Below, one piece after another: positions 41,476-53,200 of a stretch of 64,000 bases of DNA (within the stretch, counting starts at the first letter, position 1; every line of letters begins with the position of its first letter). The stretch is taken from contig CBDCOZ010000003.1 in assembly GCA_965220085.1 (NCBI GenBank), positions 1,056,001-1,120,000 on the forward strand, in the 5' to 3' direction. The stretch comes from Candidatus Oxydemutatoraceae bacterium. Its GTDB lineage: Bacteria > Pseudomonadota > Gammaproteobacteria > Poriferisulfidales > Oxydemutatoraceae. The notes below the pieces were generated by a model. That model was not told where the DNA came from. It saw only the letters and a program-made list of their open reading frames with translations, and did not search any database. The position numbers were made by a program, and so were the translations under genes.

Positions 41476-44172
41476 CTGGAGGAGTTGATGATATCCGACG
41501 GCGATACGGATGCCGCGACGATATCGGAGGCGGCGACCGTCGGTTCCACGCTAACGGGCGTGGCCTTGACAGTCTCGGTGGAGGAAGGAGGAACGATTCC
41601 GGATTTAGCCTGGAGATTGTCGCGCAATCCGAACGAAGCGTTCGCAATAGCCTCGACCAATGGCGCGATTACGTTGGCACAAGCGGGCGTATTGGATTTT
41701 GAGACGGCTCCGAGCATAGACCTAGAGGTCGTAGCGAAACCGCTGAATATAAGGACCGAAGTGCCGGAGTCAGACCCATTCACAATCACGGTGACGGTGA
41801 CGAATGCCTTGGAGACGCTGACCGTCGCAGACAGCAATACCGACGACAATACAATCGCCGAGAACGCGGCGACGGGCACCGCGGTAGCGGGTATCACTTT
41901 GATCGCGAGCGAAGGCAACACTGCCGTGACCGGAGTGGACTGGAGTTTGGCGAGCACCCCAACCGGTCTGTTCGCGATAGATGGCGACGGCGTAATCCGC
42001 TTGGTTGCCGGCGGCAGTTTGGATTTTGAGACCTCGCCGACCGCCGCAGTGATGGTGCGAGCCGAAAAAGACGGAATCACTTCGCCGGCGGTTGAACTGA
42101 CGATAGCGGTTGAGGACGCGCCGGAGATCTTGACGATTAACAGGCCGGATACCTTGGCGATTATGGATAGCGACCCTGCCGCCAACACCATCGCCGAGAA
42201 CGCGGCGACCGGCACGACGGTGACCGGCATCACCCTGCAAGCCCGCGATGAAGCGGGCGCTACGGTGAGTGTTGCGATCTGGAGCGTAGTAAGTACCCCG
42301 ACCGATCTGTTTACGATAGATGCCGGCGGCGCTGTCAGGCTGACCGCCTCAAACACCTTGAATTACGAGATATCCACGAGCCACACGATAGAAGTGCGGG
42401 CTACGGCTGACGGCATACAGTCCGACGCATTGTCCCTGATTATCCTGGTGACCGACTTTGATGAGACGATTGTTCCGCCGACCGTAAGCGACACCGACCC
42501 CGCCTTAAACACGATCGCCGAGAACAGTGCGACGGGCACGGCGGTTTCGGGGTTGCGGTTGTCGGTAACAGAGATGGGCGCGGCGCCGTTTGGCGACGTG
42601 ATTTGGGGTTTGGATGATCCGACCGACACCTTCGGGATTGGCGCTGTCAGCGCCGAGATCGGTTTGCTCGCGAGCGGTGCGCTGGATTACGCAAGTACGC
42701 GAACCTATTCCGTAACAGTGACGGCAACGCTGGACGGGGCAGAATTGCCCTCGCTGACACTGACGATAAACGTTTTGAATGACATAGAGAATGTTCGGGT
42801 TCAAGATGACGACCCGTCGCCGAACCGGGTTCTTGAGAACGCGCCGATTGATACGCCGATATCGGGCCTGTCGCTGGCGGCGTATGAAATGCCCGCTTCC
42901 GGCGGGTCTGTCGAGTTGGAACAAGTGACATGGAGCTTGGCGGATAATGCCGATTTTGACCCGTACACGGGCGGCGTATTTGCGATCGATGCCGCCAGCG
43001 GCGAATTAACTTTGGCCGTTGCGGCGGATTACGAAACATCATCGCAACATTCTGTGTGGGCGGTCGCCGCCGTAACGCATCCCATAACGGGCGATGTGTT
43101 GCGCGGCGGCGAGCGCTTTGAAATACGGGTTGTCAACATACCGGAGACGTTGACGATTATGGATGGCGACCCCGCCGCGAACACCATCGCCGAGAATGCG
43201 GCGACCGACACGGCGGTGACCGGCATCGCCTTGCAAGCAAGCGAAGGCGATCTGCCTCTGACTGGCGGCATAGACTTTATATGGGGGCTGAGCGATGCCG
43301 CGGGCGGTCTGTTCGCGATTGACCCCGATAGCGGCGTAGTCACGGTGGCGGGCGCATTGAATTTTGAGACCGCGCCGACGCATACGATAATCGCACAGGC
43401 ATCAACCGGCACGGTCAGCGACACGATAGAACTGACCATCGACGTAACGGATGTTGATGATGTCCCGCCGCCGCAGCTTGTCTACACGGCGACGATAGCG
43501 GAGGACGCAACGACGGGCACGGCGGTAGCGGGTGTGACACTGACGGCACAGGTTGCCGACGGCACAGCCGCAGGCAGCGCCGTGAGATGGTACCTGCTCG
43601 ACTCAAACGACCCCGACTTGTTCGCAATAAGTCGCGCCACCGGCGTCATCACTTTGGTTGCGAGCGGCATGCTGGACTACGAGACCGCGCGCCGCCATCG
43701 CGTAATGGTAACCGCCGTAGCCGACGGTTACGAGTCCGTCACAGCGCCGCTGATGATACGCGTGACCAATGTGCTGGAGAGATTGACGATTACAAACAGC
43801 GGCAGCGGTGCGATAGAAATTGCCGAGAATGCGCCGACCGGCACGGTGGCGCTGGCGGCCACGGATCTGACGGTGCGCGATGAGGGCAATCGCGCGGTCA
43901 GCGGAGTAATCTGGAGCGTAGCGAGCGCCCCGACCGGTTTGTTTGCGATTGACCCCGCTAACGGCGAGGTGACGGTGGCGGGCGCGATGGATTACGAGGC
44001 ATCAACCGGCCACACGGTAATCGTGCGGGCGACAAAAGACGCTGTGGTATCCAATGACCTGAGTCTGACAATAGAGGTTTTGAACGACCCGACTGATGAC
44101 GGTGGCACCGGGCCGTCCGACCCGGTGCTCAGACTCCGCCTGCGCCTATTCCTGGAGGGCCCGTTACGATGA
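39826..44172 (+). CDS. Giant adhesin-like protein 2, 3' part (cadherin-like repeats, LEGPLR C-terminus)
   Basis: Continues the same 245-aa repeat; no signal peptide of its own; ends DPTDDGGTGPSDPVLRLRLRLFLEGPLR*. Confidence 0.88.
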   Translation: MPKLRIVADTATIAENATTGTEVDWTTKLDATTHSVIVTAVTAAGYQSATATLTINVTNALEKLTIANSGNGVIEIAEGAPTGTAVPGINLVATDENDEPVTDLIWRLTDSAGDLFAIASDTGVISVNRALIFEMSTSHSITAQASSQTVVSDALTLEINVLSAEACAALTPAQFFNGTACVDFAVCVEPATLDETENTCTVPKLRIVADTATIAENATTGTEVAGIDLTATDEGGNTVSSATWSLTDSNEPALFAIATDTGAITLIASDRLDHETTPTHSVIVTAEADGYQSATATLTINVTNALEKLTIANSGNGVIEIAEGAPTGTAVPGINLVATDENDEPVTDLIWRLTDSAGDLFAIASDTGVISVNRALIFEMSTSHSITAQASSQTVVSDALTLEINVLSAEACAALTPAQFFNGTACVDFAVCVEPATLDETENTCTVPKLRIVADTATIAENATTGTEVAGIDLTATDEGGNTVSSATWSLTDSNEPALFAIATDTGAITLIASDRLDHETTPTHSVTVTAAAAGYQSATATLTINVTNVLEELMISDGDTDAATISEAATVGSTLTGVALTVSVEEGGTIPDLAWRLSRNPNEAFAIASTNGAITLAQAGVLDFETAPSIDLEVVAKPLNIRTEVPESDPFTITVTVTNALETLTVADSNTDDNTIAENAATGTAVAGITLIASEGNTAVTGVDWSLASTPTGLFAIDGDGVIRLVAGGSLDFETSPTAAVMVRAEKDGITSPAVELTIAVEDAPEILTINRPDTLAIMDSDPAANTIAENAATGTTVTGITLQARDEAGATVSVAIWSVVSTPTDLFTIDAGGAVRLTASNTLNYEISTSHTIEVRATADGIQSDALSLIILVTDFDETIVPPTVSDTDPALNTIAENSATGTAVSGLRLSVTEMGAAPFGDVIWGLDDPTDTFGIGAVSAEIGLLASGALDYASTRTYSVTVTATLDGAELPSLTLTINVLNDIENVRVQDDDPSPNRVLENAPIDTPISGLSLAAYEMPASGGSVELEQVTWSLADNADFDPYTGGVFAIDAASGELTLAVAADYETSSQHSVWAVAAVTHPITGDVLRGGERFEIRVVNIPETLTIMDGDPAANTIAENAATDTAVTGIALQASEGDLPLTGGIDFIWGLSDAAGGLFAIDPDSGVVTVAGALNFETAPTHTIIAQASTGTVSDTIELTIDVTDVDDVPPPQLVYTATIAEDATTGTAVAGVTLTAQVADGTAAGSAVRWYLLDSNDPDLFAISRATGVITLVASGMLDYETARRHRVMVTAVADGYESVTAPLMIRVTNVLERLTITNSGSGAIEIAENAPTGTVALAATDLTVRDEGNRAVSGVIWSVASAPTGLFAIDPANGEVTVAGAMDYEASTGHTVIVRATKDAVVSNDLSLTIEVLNDPTDDGGTGPSDPVLRLRLRLFLEGPLR

Positions 44173-44199
44173 ACCTAAGCCGTTCCCTCCGAGCCGATG

Positions 44200-44886
44200 G
44201 TATGTTACGCCACAAACAATTGAGCATTGTTCGCGCACCCATTAAGAAGCCACGAGGGGAGAGCAATCACGTTATTCGCTTTCGTGCAAAGCCCCCGCGA
44301 AAGGAGTGGCAAAGGGGCGGACAGCGCGCCATCGCGCGACTGATTGCCGAAACCTTTCTCGGCAAGACAGACCCGGCGCTCATGGACAACGGCTCCGAGT
44401 TCTGCGGCGCGTTTGATCGCTGCCCGCAACAAGCTCTCCGCCGCCGCCGCACCTATCCCTAATGCCCGAAAATGAAGGCTCAAGGAATGTTTTAACCGCG
44501 CGCTTCGGGAATGGTTTGCAGAGTTTGAAGAGGGTTTGTTGCTGACCGATATGCGGACATTTAATGATTGTCGATAGGCCATCTGTTATGGTTTGATACT
44601 CAACGACCGCGCTATAGACTGAAATTTCAAGCGCTTACGACACACAATATTTGCCTCAGGCATCCGATATGTCATGGCATCAAAGGGAATTATATGCCTG
44701 TGTATGCAAAACATCCTATCAGTCCGCAATCCTAAAATTGACTCCAGCCATTTCACTGCTTTGTGCTCTGTTTCATCTTATGCAGTTCAAATAATCCGAT
44801 TGTCTTTGCCTTTCTCTTTGTCATTGAAATACCCCTGTTTAATGGTCTAATTGCATACACAGGCATATAATTCCCGCATCAAACAC
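44200..44886 (+). mobile_element. Internally deleted, frameshifted IS481-like (rve integrase core) transposase relic
   Basis: Fragments RAIARLIA / MDNGSEFCGAF / TYP*CPKM / ECFNRALREWF...LLLTD..FND / LWFDTQRP match the DNGSEF...P..P.MN...ERFNRT..EEF...WYNT.RPH pattern; putative ends gtatgttacgccacaaacaattgagca and ggcatcaaACA. Confidence 0.75.
44685..44875. mobile_element. 191-bp MITE with perfect 25-bp terminal inverted repeats and 8-bp target duplication (IS1595-family-like)
   Basis: gggaattatatgcctgtgtatgcaa (44685-44709) is the reverse complement of 44851-44875; gcatcaaa flanks both sides (44677-44684, 44876-44883); the paralogous site at ~56376-56385 is empty. Confidence 0.9.
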
Positions 44887-44924
44887 ATTTCCCGACATTT
44901 TAGTATAATGGGAGACATTTTAAT

Positions 44925-47900
44925 TTGATCACAAAGATCTGCGGAGATCGCCAGTTGCATATGATAATTAAGTCCCGCTTTACAAGGCGTCTGCTTCCAT
45001 CCCTGCCATTCAAACGGTCGTTCACAACAACGTCACTTGCCTTAGCCTTTGTCGTTTTGCTATTCCATGCATCCGCTACGGCACAGGCTCCGATAGATTA
45101 TGACATCGACGACGACGGTCTGATAGGAATCACGACATTGGAACAGCTCAACGCGGTCCGGTTTGATCTTCTTGACAGTGATGGGATACCTACCTCCGAC
45201 GCGCCGGCATACAGGGAAGCATTCCCGAACGCCCTTGTCGGCATGGGTTGCCCGGACATTTGCGGCGGCTATGAATTGCTGAATGATTTGGACTTTGACG
45301 ATGCCGCCGACTACGCCTCGGGCACAGTGAACACGGACTGGACGAGCGGCAGCGGCTGGGAGCCGATTGGCAGATTTGGCATAACCCTTGCCAGTGTATT
45401 CAACGGCAACGGTCATACCATCTACAATCTGCATATCAACCGTTCCGCGGATTTTCAGGGTCTGTTTGGCACCGTCGGCAAGGATGCTCTGATAACAAAT
45501 GTCGGCGTCACCGGTTCGGTCAATGCGGGCGGGTATTCGCGTGTCGGCGGACTGGTCAGCGGCATTGATAAAAGCGCGATAGAAAGCAGTTATTCCGCGG
45601 TAGCGGTTGAGGGCGGAGCGTATTCCGGTTCTTTGCTTGGCTTTATGACGGATTCCGCGGCCGTTGCTTCGTCTGTGCGCCGGAGCTATGTCACCGGCTC
45701 CGTATACGCCGGCGCCGACTCTGGCGGTCTGCTCGGGCAGGACTTTCATAGTCAAGCGCAAGGCACGATTGAGCATACTTATGCGACCGGTTATGTGGAC
45801 TTGACCCGTACCGGCAGCCATGCAAGAGGCGGCGGCCTGATAGGCAATCTGGGCAATATGGCGCTCCGCTACAGCTATGCCACCGGTCTGATTCATCCGG
45901 GCAGTCAATCAGGCGGCGGTCTGGGCGGCGTCGTTGATGCTACCCATGTGGCTATCAATGTCTATGCTGCGGCTACCGCTGTCTATTGGGATAGCGAGAC
46001 TTCGGCCAAGACCAATGCGCTCGGAAGAGGCGCGCTCGCCGGCATTAGCGCCAAGACCACCGCCGAGTTGCAAGCGCCGACGACCTATACCGGCATCTAC
46101 GCCGACTGGGACGCAGCCGATGCCGCCGGTGATGCGACCGACTACTGGGACTTCGGCGCCGCGAACCAATACCCGGCGCTGAAGATTGACTTTAACAACG
46201 ATGACATCGCGAGCTGGCAAGAATTTGGCTATCAGTTGCGCGAAGGCCCGACAGTGACGACAACCGACACCTCCGTGCCGGGAACTTTGAGTTGGAGAGC
46301 GCCGGACACCTCGCACTGGGATGACCCGCCGCCGGTTACGTATAACATCTATCGCGACGGTATACTCTTGAGCCTTGCCGCCGATGCCATCACCGAGACC
46401 GTTGATGCGGACGGCGAGGTTACCTATTCCTATGCCGATGCGAGTCTGCTCCCCGACACGGTTTATACCTATCACATCGCCGCAGTCGTCAACGGCGGCG
46501 AGCCAAGTCGTTCCAGTCCGTTTGTCAGACGACCGGAGGCTAAGAACATGCCGGATGCATTGACGGTTGTCGATAGCAATGCCGCCGCCAATACCATCGC
46601 CGAGAACGCAACATCCGGCACGGCGGTGACTGGCATCGCCCTGCAAGCGAGAGAAGGCGGCCTGCCTCTGACCGATGGCGCGGGTCTCACATGGACGCTG
46701 ATCGACAATGCCGGCGGTCTGTTTGCGATTGCCACCGACACCGGTGTGGTCACGGCGGCGGGCGCATTGAATTACGAGATGGCTATGAGGCACACGATAA
46801 CGGCGCAGGCTTCAACCGGCGCTGTCGCCGGCGCCCTGACTCTGGCGATAACGGTTGAGAATGTGGCGGAGAGTTTGACGGTTGCGGATGACGATCCGAG
46901 CGCGAACCGCATCGCCGAGAATTCCATAGCCGGCACGGCGGTGACCGGCATCGCCCTGCAAGCGAGAGAAGGCGACCTGCTTCTGACCGGCGGCAAAGAC
47001 TTTCTCTGGATGTTGATCGACAATGCCAACGGTCTGTTTAAGATTGCCACCGACACCGGTGTGGTCACGGCGGCGGGCGCACTGAATTACGAGACGGCTA
47101 TGAGGCACACGATAACGGCGCAGGCTTCAACCGGCGCTGTCGTCAGCGCCCTGACTCTGGCGATAACGGTTGAGAATGTGGCGGAGAGTTTGACGGTTGC
47201 GGATGACGATCCGAGCGCGAACCGCATCGCCGAGAATTCCGCAGCCGGCACGGCGGTGACCGGCATCGCCCTGCAAGCGAGAGAAGGCGACCTGCTTCTG
47301 ACCGGCGGCAAAGACTTTCTCTGGATGTTGATCGACAATGCCGGCGGTCTGTTTAAGATTGCCACCGACACCGGTGTGGTCACGGCGGCGGGCGCATTGG
47401 ATTACGAGACGACTATGAGGCACACGATAACGGCGCAGGCTTCGACCGGCGCTGTCGTCAGCGCCCTGACTCTGGCGATAACGGTTGAGAATGCGCCGGA
47501 GAGTCTGATGATTGCGGATGACGATCCGAGCGCGAACCGCATCGCCGAGAATGCGGTGGCGAATATGCCGGTAACCGGAATCGCCTTGGAAGCCCGCGAC
47601 GAAGCGGGCGTTGCGGTGAGCGCCGTGACTTGGAGCGTAGCGAGCGCATCGAGCGATTTATTTGTGATTAACCCCGATAGCGGCGAGGTGACCGTGGCGG
47701 GCGCCTTGGATTACGAGACATCCATGAGTCACACGATAGAGGTGCGGGGCGAGGCGGACGGCATGCTGCCAGGCGCATTGTCGCTGACCATTACGGTGAC
47801 CGACTTTGACGAGACGATTATCCCGCCGACCGTGACCGACGCCGACCCCGCCGTCAACACCATCGCCGAGAACAGCACGGACACGGCAGTCGCCGGGATA

Positions 47901-49787
47901 ATGCTGGCGGTGATGCGAGGCGGCGCCCAGCTAAGCGACATCACATGGATACTGACCGACGATGCCGACGACCTGTTCGTGATTGCCACCGACACCGGCG
48001 TCATCAAAACCGCGACCGATCGCGCGCCGGATTACGAAGCGGCTGTGAGACATGACGTGACGGCGGTCGCCATCGCCTCCGACGGCAGCATCGTCGCACT
48101 CGATCTGACGATAGATGTGCGGAATGTGCCGGAGAGCCTGACGATTGCGGATAACGATCCGAGCGCGAACCGCATCGCCGAGAATTCCGCAGTCGGCGCG
48201 GCGGTGACCGGCATCGATCTGCAAGCGCGCGAAGATGAGCTGCTTCTGGCCGACGGCGCGGGTTTCATGTGGGAGCTGACCGATACCGCCGGCGGTCTGT
48301 TCGCGATTGCCACCGACACCGGTGTGGTCACGGTGGCGGGCGCATTGGATTACGAGAGTACGCCGACCCATAGCATAACCGCGCGGGCTGTGGCGGGCGC
48401 TGTGGTGTCTGATGCCTTGGCGCTGATGATTGCTGTCTTGGATGCGCCGGATGCATTGACGATTGCGGATAGCGATTCGAGCGCGAACCGCATCGCCGAG
48501 AATTCCGCAGTCGGCGCGGCGGTGACCGGCATCGCGCTGCAAGCGCGCGACGAGGACGACAATGAGGCAAGCGGGGTGACCTGGAGCGTAACGAGCGCCT
48601 CGGGCGATTTATTTGTGATTAACCCCGATAGCGGCGAGGTGACCGTGGCGGGCGCGCTGGATTACGAGAGTGCGCCGACCCATGACGTGACGGTGCGGGC
48701 TGCTGCGGGCACCGTGGTATCCGATGACTTGGCGCTGACGATACGCGTTTTGAATGTGCCGGAGACGCTGATAGTGGCAAACAGCGGCAGCGGCGCGGAG
48801 ATTGCCGAGGATGCGCGGGTCGGCACAGAGGTGCCGGGCATCGCCCTGACCGCAAGAGAAGGCGGAGTGCGTCTGGTCGGCGGCAAAGACTTCCTCTGGG
48901 ATCTGAGCTACAATGCCGGCGGCCTGTTTGCGATTGACCCCGATAGCGGCGCGGTCACGGTGGCAGGCGCATTGAATTTTGAGACCGCGCAGACGCATAC
49001 GATCATCGCGCGGGCATCAACCGGGACGGTCAGCGGCGCGATAGGGCTGACCATCGTCGTAACGGATGTTGATGATGTCCCGCCGCCGCAACAGGTTGCC
49101 TACACGGCGACGATAGCGGAGGACGCAACGACGGGCACGGCGGTAGCGGGCGTGACGCTGACGGCACAGGTTGCCGGCGGCGCTGCCGTAGGCAGCGCCG
49201 TGAGGTGGTATCTGGCCGACTCAAACAATCCCGACTTGTTCGCGATAAGCCGCGCTACCGGCATCATCACTTTGGCTGCGAGCGACAGGCTGGACTACGA
49301 GACCGCGCCCCGCCATCGCGTAATGATAACCGCCGCCGCCGACGGTTATGAGTCCGTCACAGAGCCCCTGATGATACGCGTGACCAATGTATTGGAGAGC
49401 TTGGCGATTGCCGATAGCGATGCCATGACCAATACGGTTGCGGAGAATGCGGCGGTCGGCACGACGGTGACCGGCATCACGCTGACGGTGCGCGACGAGG
49501 CCAATCGCGCGGTAAACGGGGTGATCTGGAGCGTAGCGAGCACATCGAGCGATTTATTTGTGATCAACCCCGATAGCGGCGAGGTGACCGTGGCGGGCGC
49601 GCTGGATTATGAGGCTTCCTCCAACCACTTGGTAATCGCGCGGGCCGCAAAAGACGCCGTGGTATCCAATGACCTGAAGCTGACAATAGAGGTTTTGAAC
49701 GACCCGAATGATGACGATGGCGCCGGGCCGTTTGAACCGGCGCTCAGACTCCGCCTGCGGCTGTTCCTGGAAGGCCCGTTGCGATAA
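44925..49787 (+). CDS. Secreted adhesin-like protein 3 (one GLUG/Ca-binding module, about 10 cadherin-like repeats, LEGPLR C-terminus)
   Basis: Signal peptide SLALAFVVLLFHASATA|Q (ATG 44961 likely); internal 315-bp repeats at ~46590-47555; ends FEPALRLRLRLFLEGPLR*. Confidence 0.9.
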   Translation: MITKICGDRQLHMIIKSRFTRRLLPSLPFKRSFTTTSLALAFVVLLFHASATAQAPIDYDIDDDGLIGITTLEQLNAVRFDLLDSDGIPTSDAPAYREAFPNALVGMGCPDICGGYELLNDLDFDDAADYASGTVNTDWTSGSGWEPIGRFGITLASVFNGNGHTIYNLHINRSADFQGLFGTVGKDALITNVGVTGSVNAGGYSRVGGLVSGIDKSAIESSYSAVAVEGGAYSGSLLGFMTDSAAVASSVRRSYVTGSVYAGADSGGLLGQDFHSQAQGTIEHTYATGYVDLTRTGSHARGGGLIGNLGNMALRYSYATGLIHPGSQSGGGLGGVVDATHVAINVYAAATAVYWDSETSAKTNALGRGALAGISAKTTAELQAPTTYTGIYADWDAADAAGDATDYWDFGAANQYPALKIDFNNDDIASWQEFGYQLREGPTVTTTDTSVPGTLSWRAPDTSHWDDPPPVTYNIYRDGILLSLAADAITETVDADGEVTYSYADASLLPDTVYTYHIAAVVNGGEPSRSSPFVRRPEAKNMPDALTVVDSNAAANTIAENATSGTAVTGIALQAREGGLPLTDGAGLTWTLIDNAGGLFAIATDTGVVTAAGALNYEMAMRHTITAQASTGAVAGALTLAITVENVAESLTVADDDPSANRIAENSIAGTAVTGIALQAREGDLLLTGGKDFLWMLIDNANGLFKIATDTGVVTAAGALNYETAMRHTITAQASTGAVVSALTLAITVENVAESLTVADDDPSANRIAENSAAGTAVTGIALQAREGDLLLTGGKDFLWMLIDNAGGLFKIATDTGVVTAAGALDYETTMRHTITAQASTGAVVSALTLAITVENAPESLMIADDDPSANRIAENAVANMPVTGIALEARDEAGVAVSAVTWSVASASSDLFVINPDSGEVTVAGALDYETSMSHTIEVRGEADGMLPGALSLTITVTDFDETIIPPTVTDADPAVNTIAENSTDTAVAGIMLAVMRGGAQLSDITWILTDDADDLFVIATDTGVIKTATDRAPDYEAAVRHDVTAVAIASDGSIVALDLTIDVRNVPESLTIADNDPSANRIAENSAVGAAVTGIDLQAREDELLLADGAGFMWELTDTAGGLFAIATDTGVVTVAGALDYESTPTHSITARAVAGAVVSDALALMIAVLDAPDALTIADSDSSANRIAENSAVGAAVTGIALQARDEDDNEASGVTWSVTSASGDLFVINPDSGEVTVAGALDYESAPTHDVTVRAAAGTVVSDDLALTIRVLNVPETLIVANSGSGAEIAEDARVGTEVPGIALTAREGGVRLVGGKDFLWDLSYNAGGLFAIDPDSGAVTVAGALNFETAQTHTIIARASTGTVSGAIGLTIVVTDVDDVPPPQQVAYTATIAEDATTGTAVAGVTLTAQVAGGAAVGSAVRWYLADSNNPDLFAISRATGIITLAASDRLDYETAPRHRVMITAAADGYESVTEPLMIRVTNVLESLAIADSDAMTNTVAENAAVGTTVTGITLTVRDEANRAVNGVIWSVASTSSDLFVINPDSGEVTVAGALDYEASSNHLVIARAAKDAVVSNDLKLTIEVLNDPNDDDGAGPFEPALRLRLRLFLEGPLR

Positions 49788-49879
49788 GCCTAAGTTCCCG
49801 TGCTCCCGCCCCTTTTATTGTTCCCTTCGCGAGGGCATTGGCTTGCCCGCTCATTTTACGATCTTACAATCGTGGCGCG

Positions 49880-50165
49880 CCGAACGGCTTCCCTTGTCCC
49901 GCCCCGCGCGCCATCGCGCGACCGGTTGCCGATGCGCCCGAAGATGCGCCGGGCGCGCGACCCCGCGTCGTCACGGCGCGCCGCAATGCAAGCCCTGTCT
50001 TGGCAAGGGTTTCAAGGCCGCGCATCCCGGGCATTGCCATGGATACCGCGCGACGGTTTATTCAAGGCCGGGGCCGCTATCTGCTTGCCGCCGCGGATTT
50101 GCATAACCGGTTTGGTTTTGCTATCGCCGCCTATCGCGGCAATCGCGCCGCCGTTGCCTTCTTGC
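49880..50165 (+). mobile_element. Relic of the N-terminal/first-Asp part of the same IS481-like transposase
   Basis: Frameshifted fragments FPCPAPRAIARPVADAP / KGFKAAHPGHC / AMDTARRFIQGRGRYLLAAADLHNRFGFA; the RAIAR segment is shared with ~44325 and ~56281. Confidence 0.65.
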
Positions 50166-50264
50166 TTTTGACACTGCGCCACGGTGTTGTTAGTATGCGC
50201 TGAGTTTTGCGAGGGTCGGAATATGAAGTCGCCGACATTTGACATATGAAACTGTCTTGTACGG

Positions 50265-53200
50265 ATGGAACTTGAGCGACACATTGCAAATCGTATGCCT
50301 CGCGCAACCGCTTCTTTCCTTCGCCTGTTGCCGAAAGCGAGCGCGCTTGTTTTGGCGCTCGCGGTCTTGCTCTTCCGCGCATCCGCCATGGCACAGCAGG
50401 CGGACTATGACAGCGACAACAACAACCTGATAGACATCACGACAGCGGAGCAACTCAACGCGATGCGCTACGACCTTGACGGCGACGGGATGCCCGGCGC
50501 CGGCACGCAGACATACGCGGAGGCGTTTGTCAATGCCGTTGACGGCATGGGTTGCGCGTCCGATTGCATCGGTTATGAGTTGCTGAATGATCTGGACTTT
50601 GACGATGCTGCCGACTATGCCTCGGGCACAGTGAACGCGGACTGGACGAGCGGCGCGGGCTGGGCGCCGATTGGCAGCCTTGGCAAAAACTTTGCCGCCG
50701 TATTCAACGGCAACGGTCATGCCGTCCGCAACCTGCGTATCAGCCGCGCCGCGCACTTCCAGAGCCTGTTTGGCATCGTCGGCGAAGATGCTCTGATTAC
50801 AAATGTCGGCGTCACCGGATCGGTCAATGCGCGCGGTTTTTGGTTTGCGGGCGGACTGGTCGGCGGCGTTGATAAAAGCGCGATAGAAAACAGTTATTCC
50901 GCGGTGGCGGTCGAGGGCGGGGCGCAGTCCGGCTCTCTGCTCGGCTATGCCACGGATGCTTCGGCTGTGCGCCGCAGCTATGCCACCGGCGCCGTATACG
51001 CCGACTCCGAATCGGGCGGTCTGCTCGGGCGAGACTTTGACAGCCAAGCGCATGGCACGGTTGAGCACACTTATGCGACCGGCTATGTGGACGTGACCCG
51101 TGGCGGCGGCCTGATAGGCGTTCTGGGCAATGTGGCGCTCCGCTACGGCTATGCCACCGGTCTGATTCACCCGGGCAACCAATCGAGCGGCGGTCTGGGC
51201 GGCAGCGTTGAGGCGGGCGCCGTGGCTGCCGCTGTCTATTGGGATAGCGAGACCTCGGCCAAGACCAATGCGTTCGGGGAAGGCGCGCTCGCCGGCGTGA
51301 GCGGCAAGACCGCCGCCGAATTGCAAGCGCCGACGTCCTATGCCGGCATCTATGCCGACTGGAACGCGACCGATGCCGACGGCAATGCGACCGACTACTG
51401 GGACTTCGGCAACGCGAACCAATACCCGGCGCTAAAGATTGACTTTGACAACGACGGCACGGCGAGTTGGCAGGAGTTCGGCTATCAGTTGCGCGAAGGC
51501 CCGCGCCTGCGCGAAGGCCTGCAGCGCGTGACACGAGACAGGATTGCCTTTGACCTGAGATGGAGCGCGCCGGACACCTCGCACTGGGACAATCCGCCGC
51601 AGATCGACTACCGCATCTACCGTGACGGCGCGGCCTTGGACATCGGAGCCGATGACATCGCCGAGACCCGCGCTGCGAACGGCGAGATTGTCTATTCCTA
51701 TGCCGATGCGGGTCTGCTCGCAGACACTGTTTATGCCTATCACATCGCCGCGGTCGTGGGCGGCGGCGAGCCGAGCCGCAGCGCGACCGCGTTTGAAGTT
51801 GATTACGACAGAGACGACGACGGTCTGATAGAGATTACGACACTGGAACAACTCAGCGCAATCCGCTGGGACTTGGACGGCGACGGGAAGCCCGACGAAA
51901 GTGCGCGGGAATACGCGCAAGCCTTCCCCGGCATCACGGACAGCGCGGGTTGCCCGGACACCTGCAACGGCTACGAATTGCGCCGCGATCTGGACTTTGA
52001 CGATGCCGCCAGCTACGCTTCGGGATCGGTGAACACGGCATGGACGAGCGGCGTCGGTTGGTTGCCGATTGGCACCGTTTTCACGGAGAGCTTCGCGGCG
52101 ACTTTCAACGGCAACGGTCATGCCATTTACAACCTGTATGTCAATAGCGCCGAACGTTACCGAAGCTTGTTCGGCGTCGTTAACGGCGTGATATCAAACA
52201 TCGGCGTCACCGGTTCGGTCTCATCCACAGGCTCCTTTATCGGCGGCTTGGCGGGTGTGCTGGCCGGTTTTGGCATGATAGAAAAATCCTACTCGGCGGT
52301 ATCGGTGGAAGCCGACGCATCGGGCGGTTCCTTGGCGGGTTGGGTTTCCGCTAGCACGGTGCGACTGAGTTATGCGAGCGGTGTTGTCAACGCCTCTGCG
52401 AGCGCCGGCGGCTTGCTGGGCCATATTTTCCTCACATCTGCCCACCGCGCAGAAATAGAGCATGTCTATGCGACCGGTTTTGTCAATGCAACGGGCGACG
52501 ACAATTCTGTCGGCGGTTTGCTTGGCTTTCCGGGGCAGGCGCGCCTGAAATACGCTTATGCCACCGCCTTGGTTGCCCCCTCGGGCGGCGGTTTGAGCGG
52601 CGACGATACCGATGATTTTTCGGCGACAGCGGCATATTGGGATATCGAGGCATCGGACCGGGCTACCGCAACTCCGTCGGCGGCCATAGATGGCGTTGAG
52701 GGCAAGGCCACCGCCAAACTACAGGCGCCGACGGCCTATGCCGGCATCTACGCCGACTGGGACGAGGGCAACGCCGCCGATTACTGGGACTTCGGCGCCG
52801 CGAACCAATACCCGGCGTTGAATATTGACTTTGACAACGACGGCATGGCGAGTTGGCAAGAATTCGGCTATCAGTTACGCGAAGGCCCGGCAGTGGCGAC
52901 AACCGACACATCCGCGGGAGTTTTGAGTTGGAGCGCGCCGGATACCTCGCACTGGCCGCGCGACCCGCCGTCTGTCGGCTACGCCATCTATCGCAACGGT
53001 GCGCCCTTGCGCCTTGCCGCCGATGCCATCGCCAAGACCGCCGATGCCAACGGCGATGTTGTCTACTCCTATGTTGACCCGGATGCATCCGCCGACAGCG
53101 CTTATCGCTACCACATTGCCGCAACCGTCAACGGCGGCGAGGCGAGTCGTTCCGGCGCGTCTGATGCGCCGGAGAGCCTGACGATTGCGGATAGCAATGA

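Noticed and set aside
44169-44462. Functional transposase gene
   Set aside because: Large internal deletion, in-frame stop and frameshifts; only a relic
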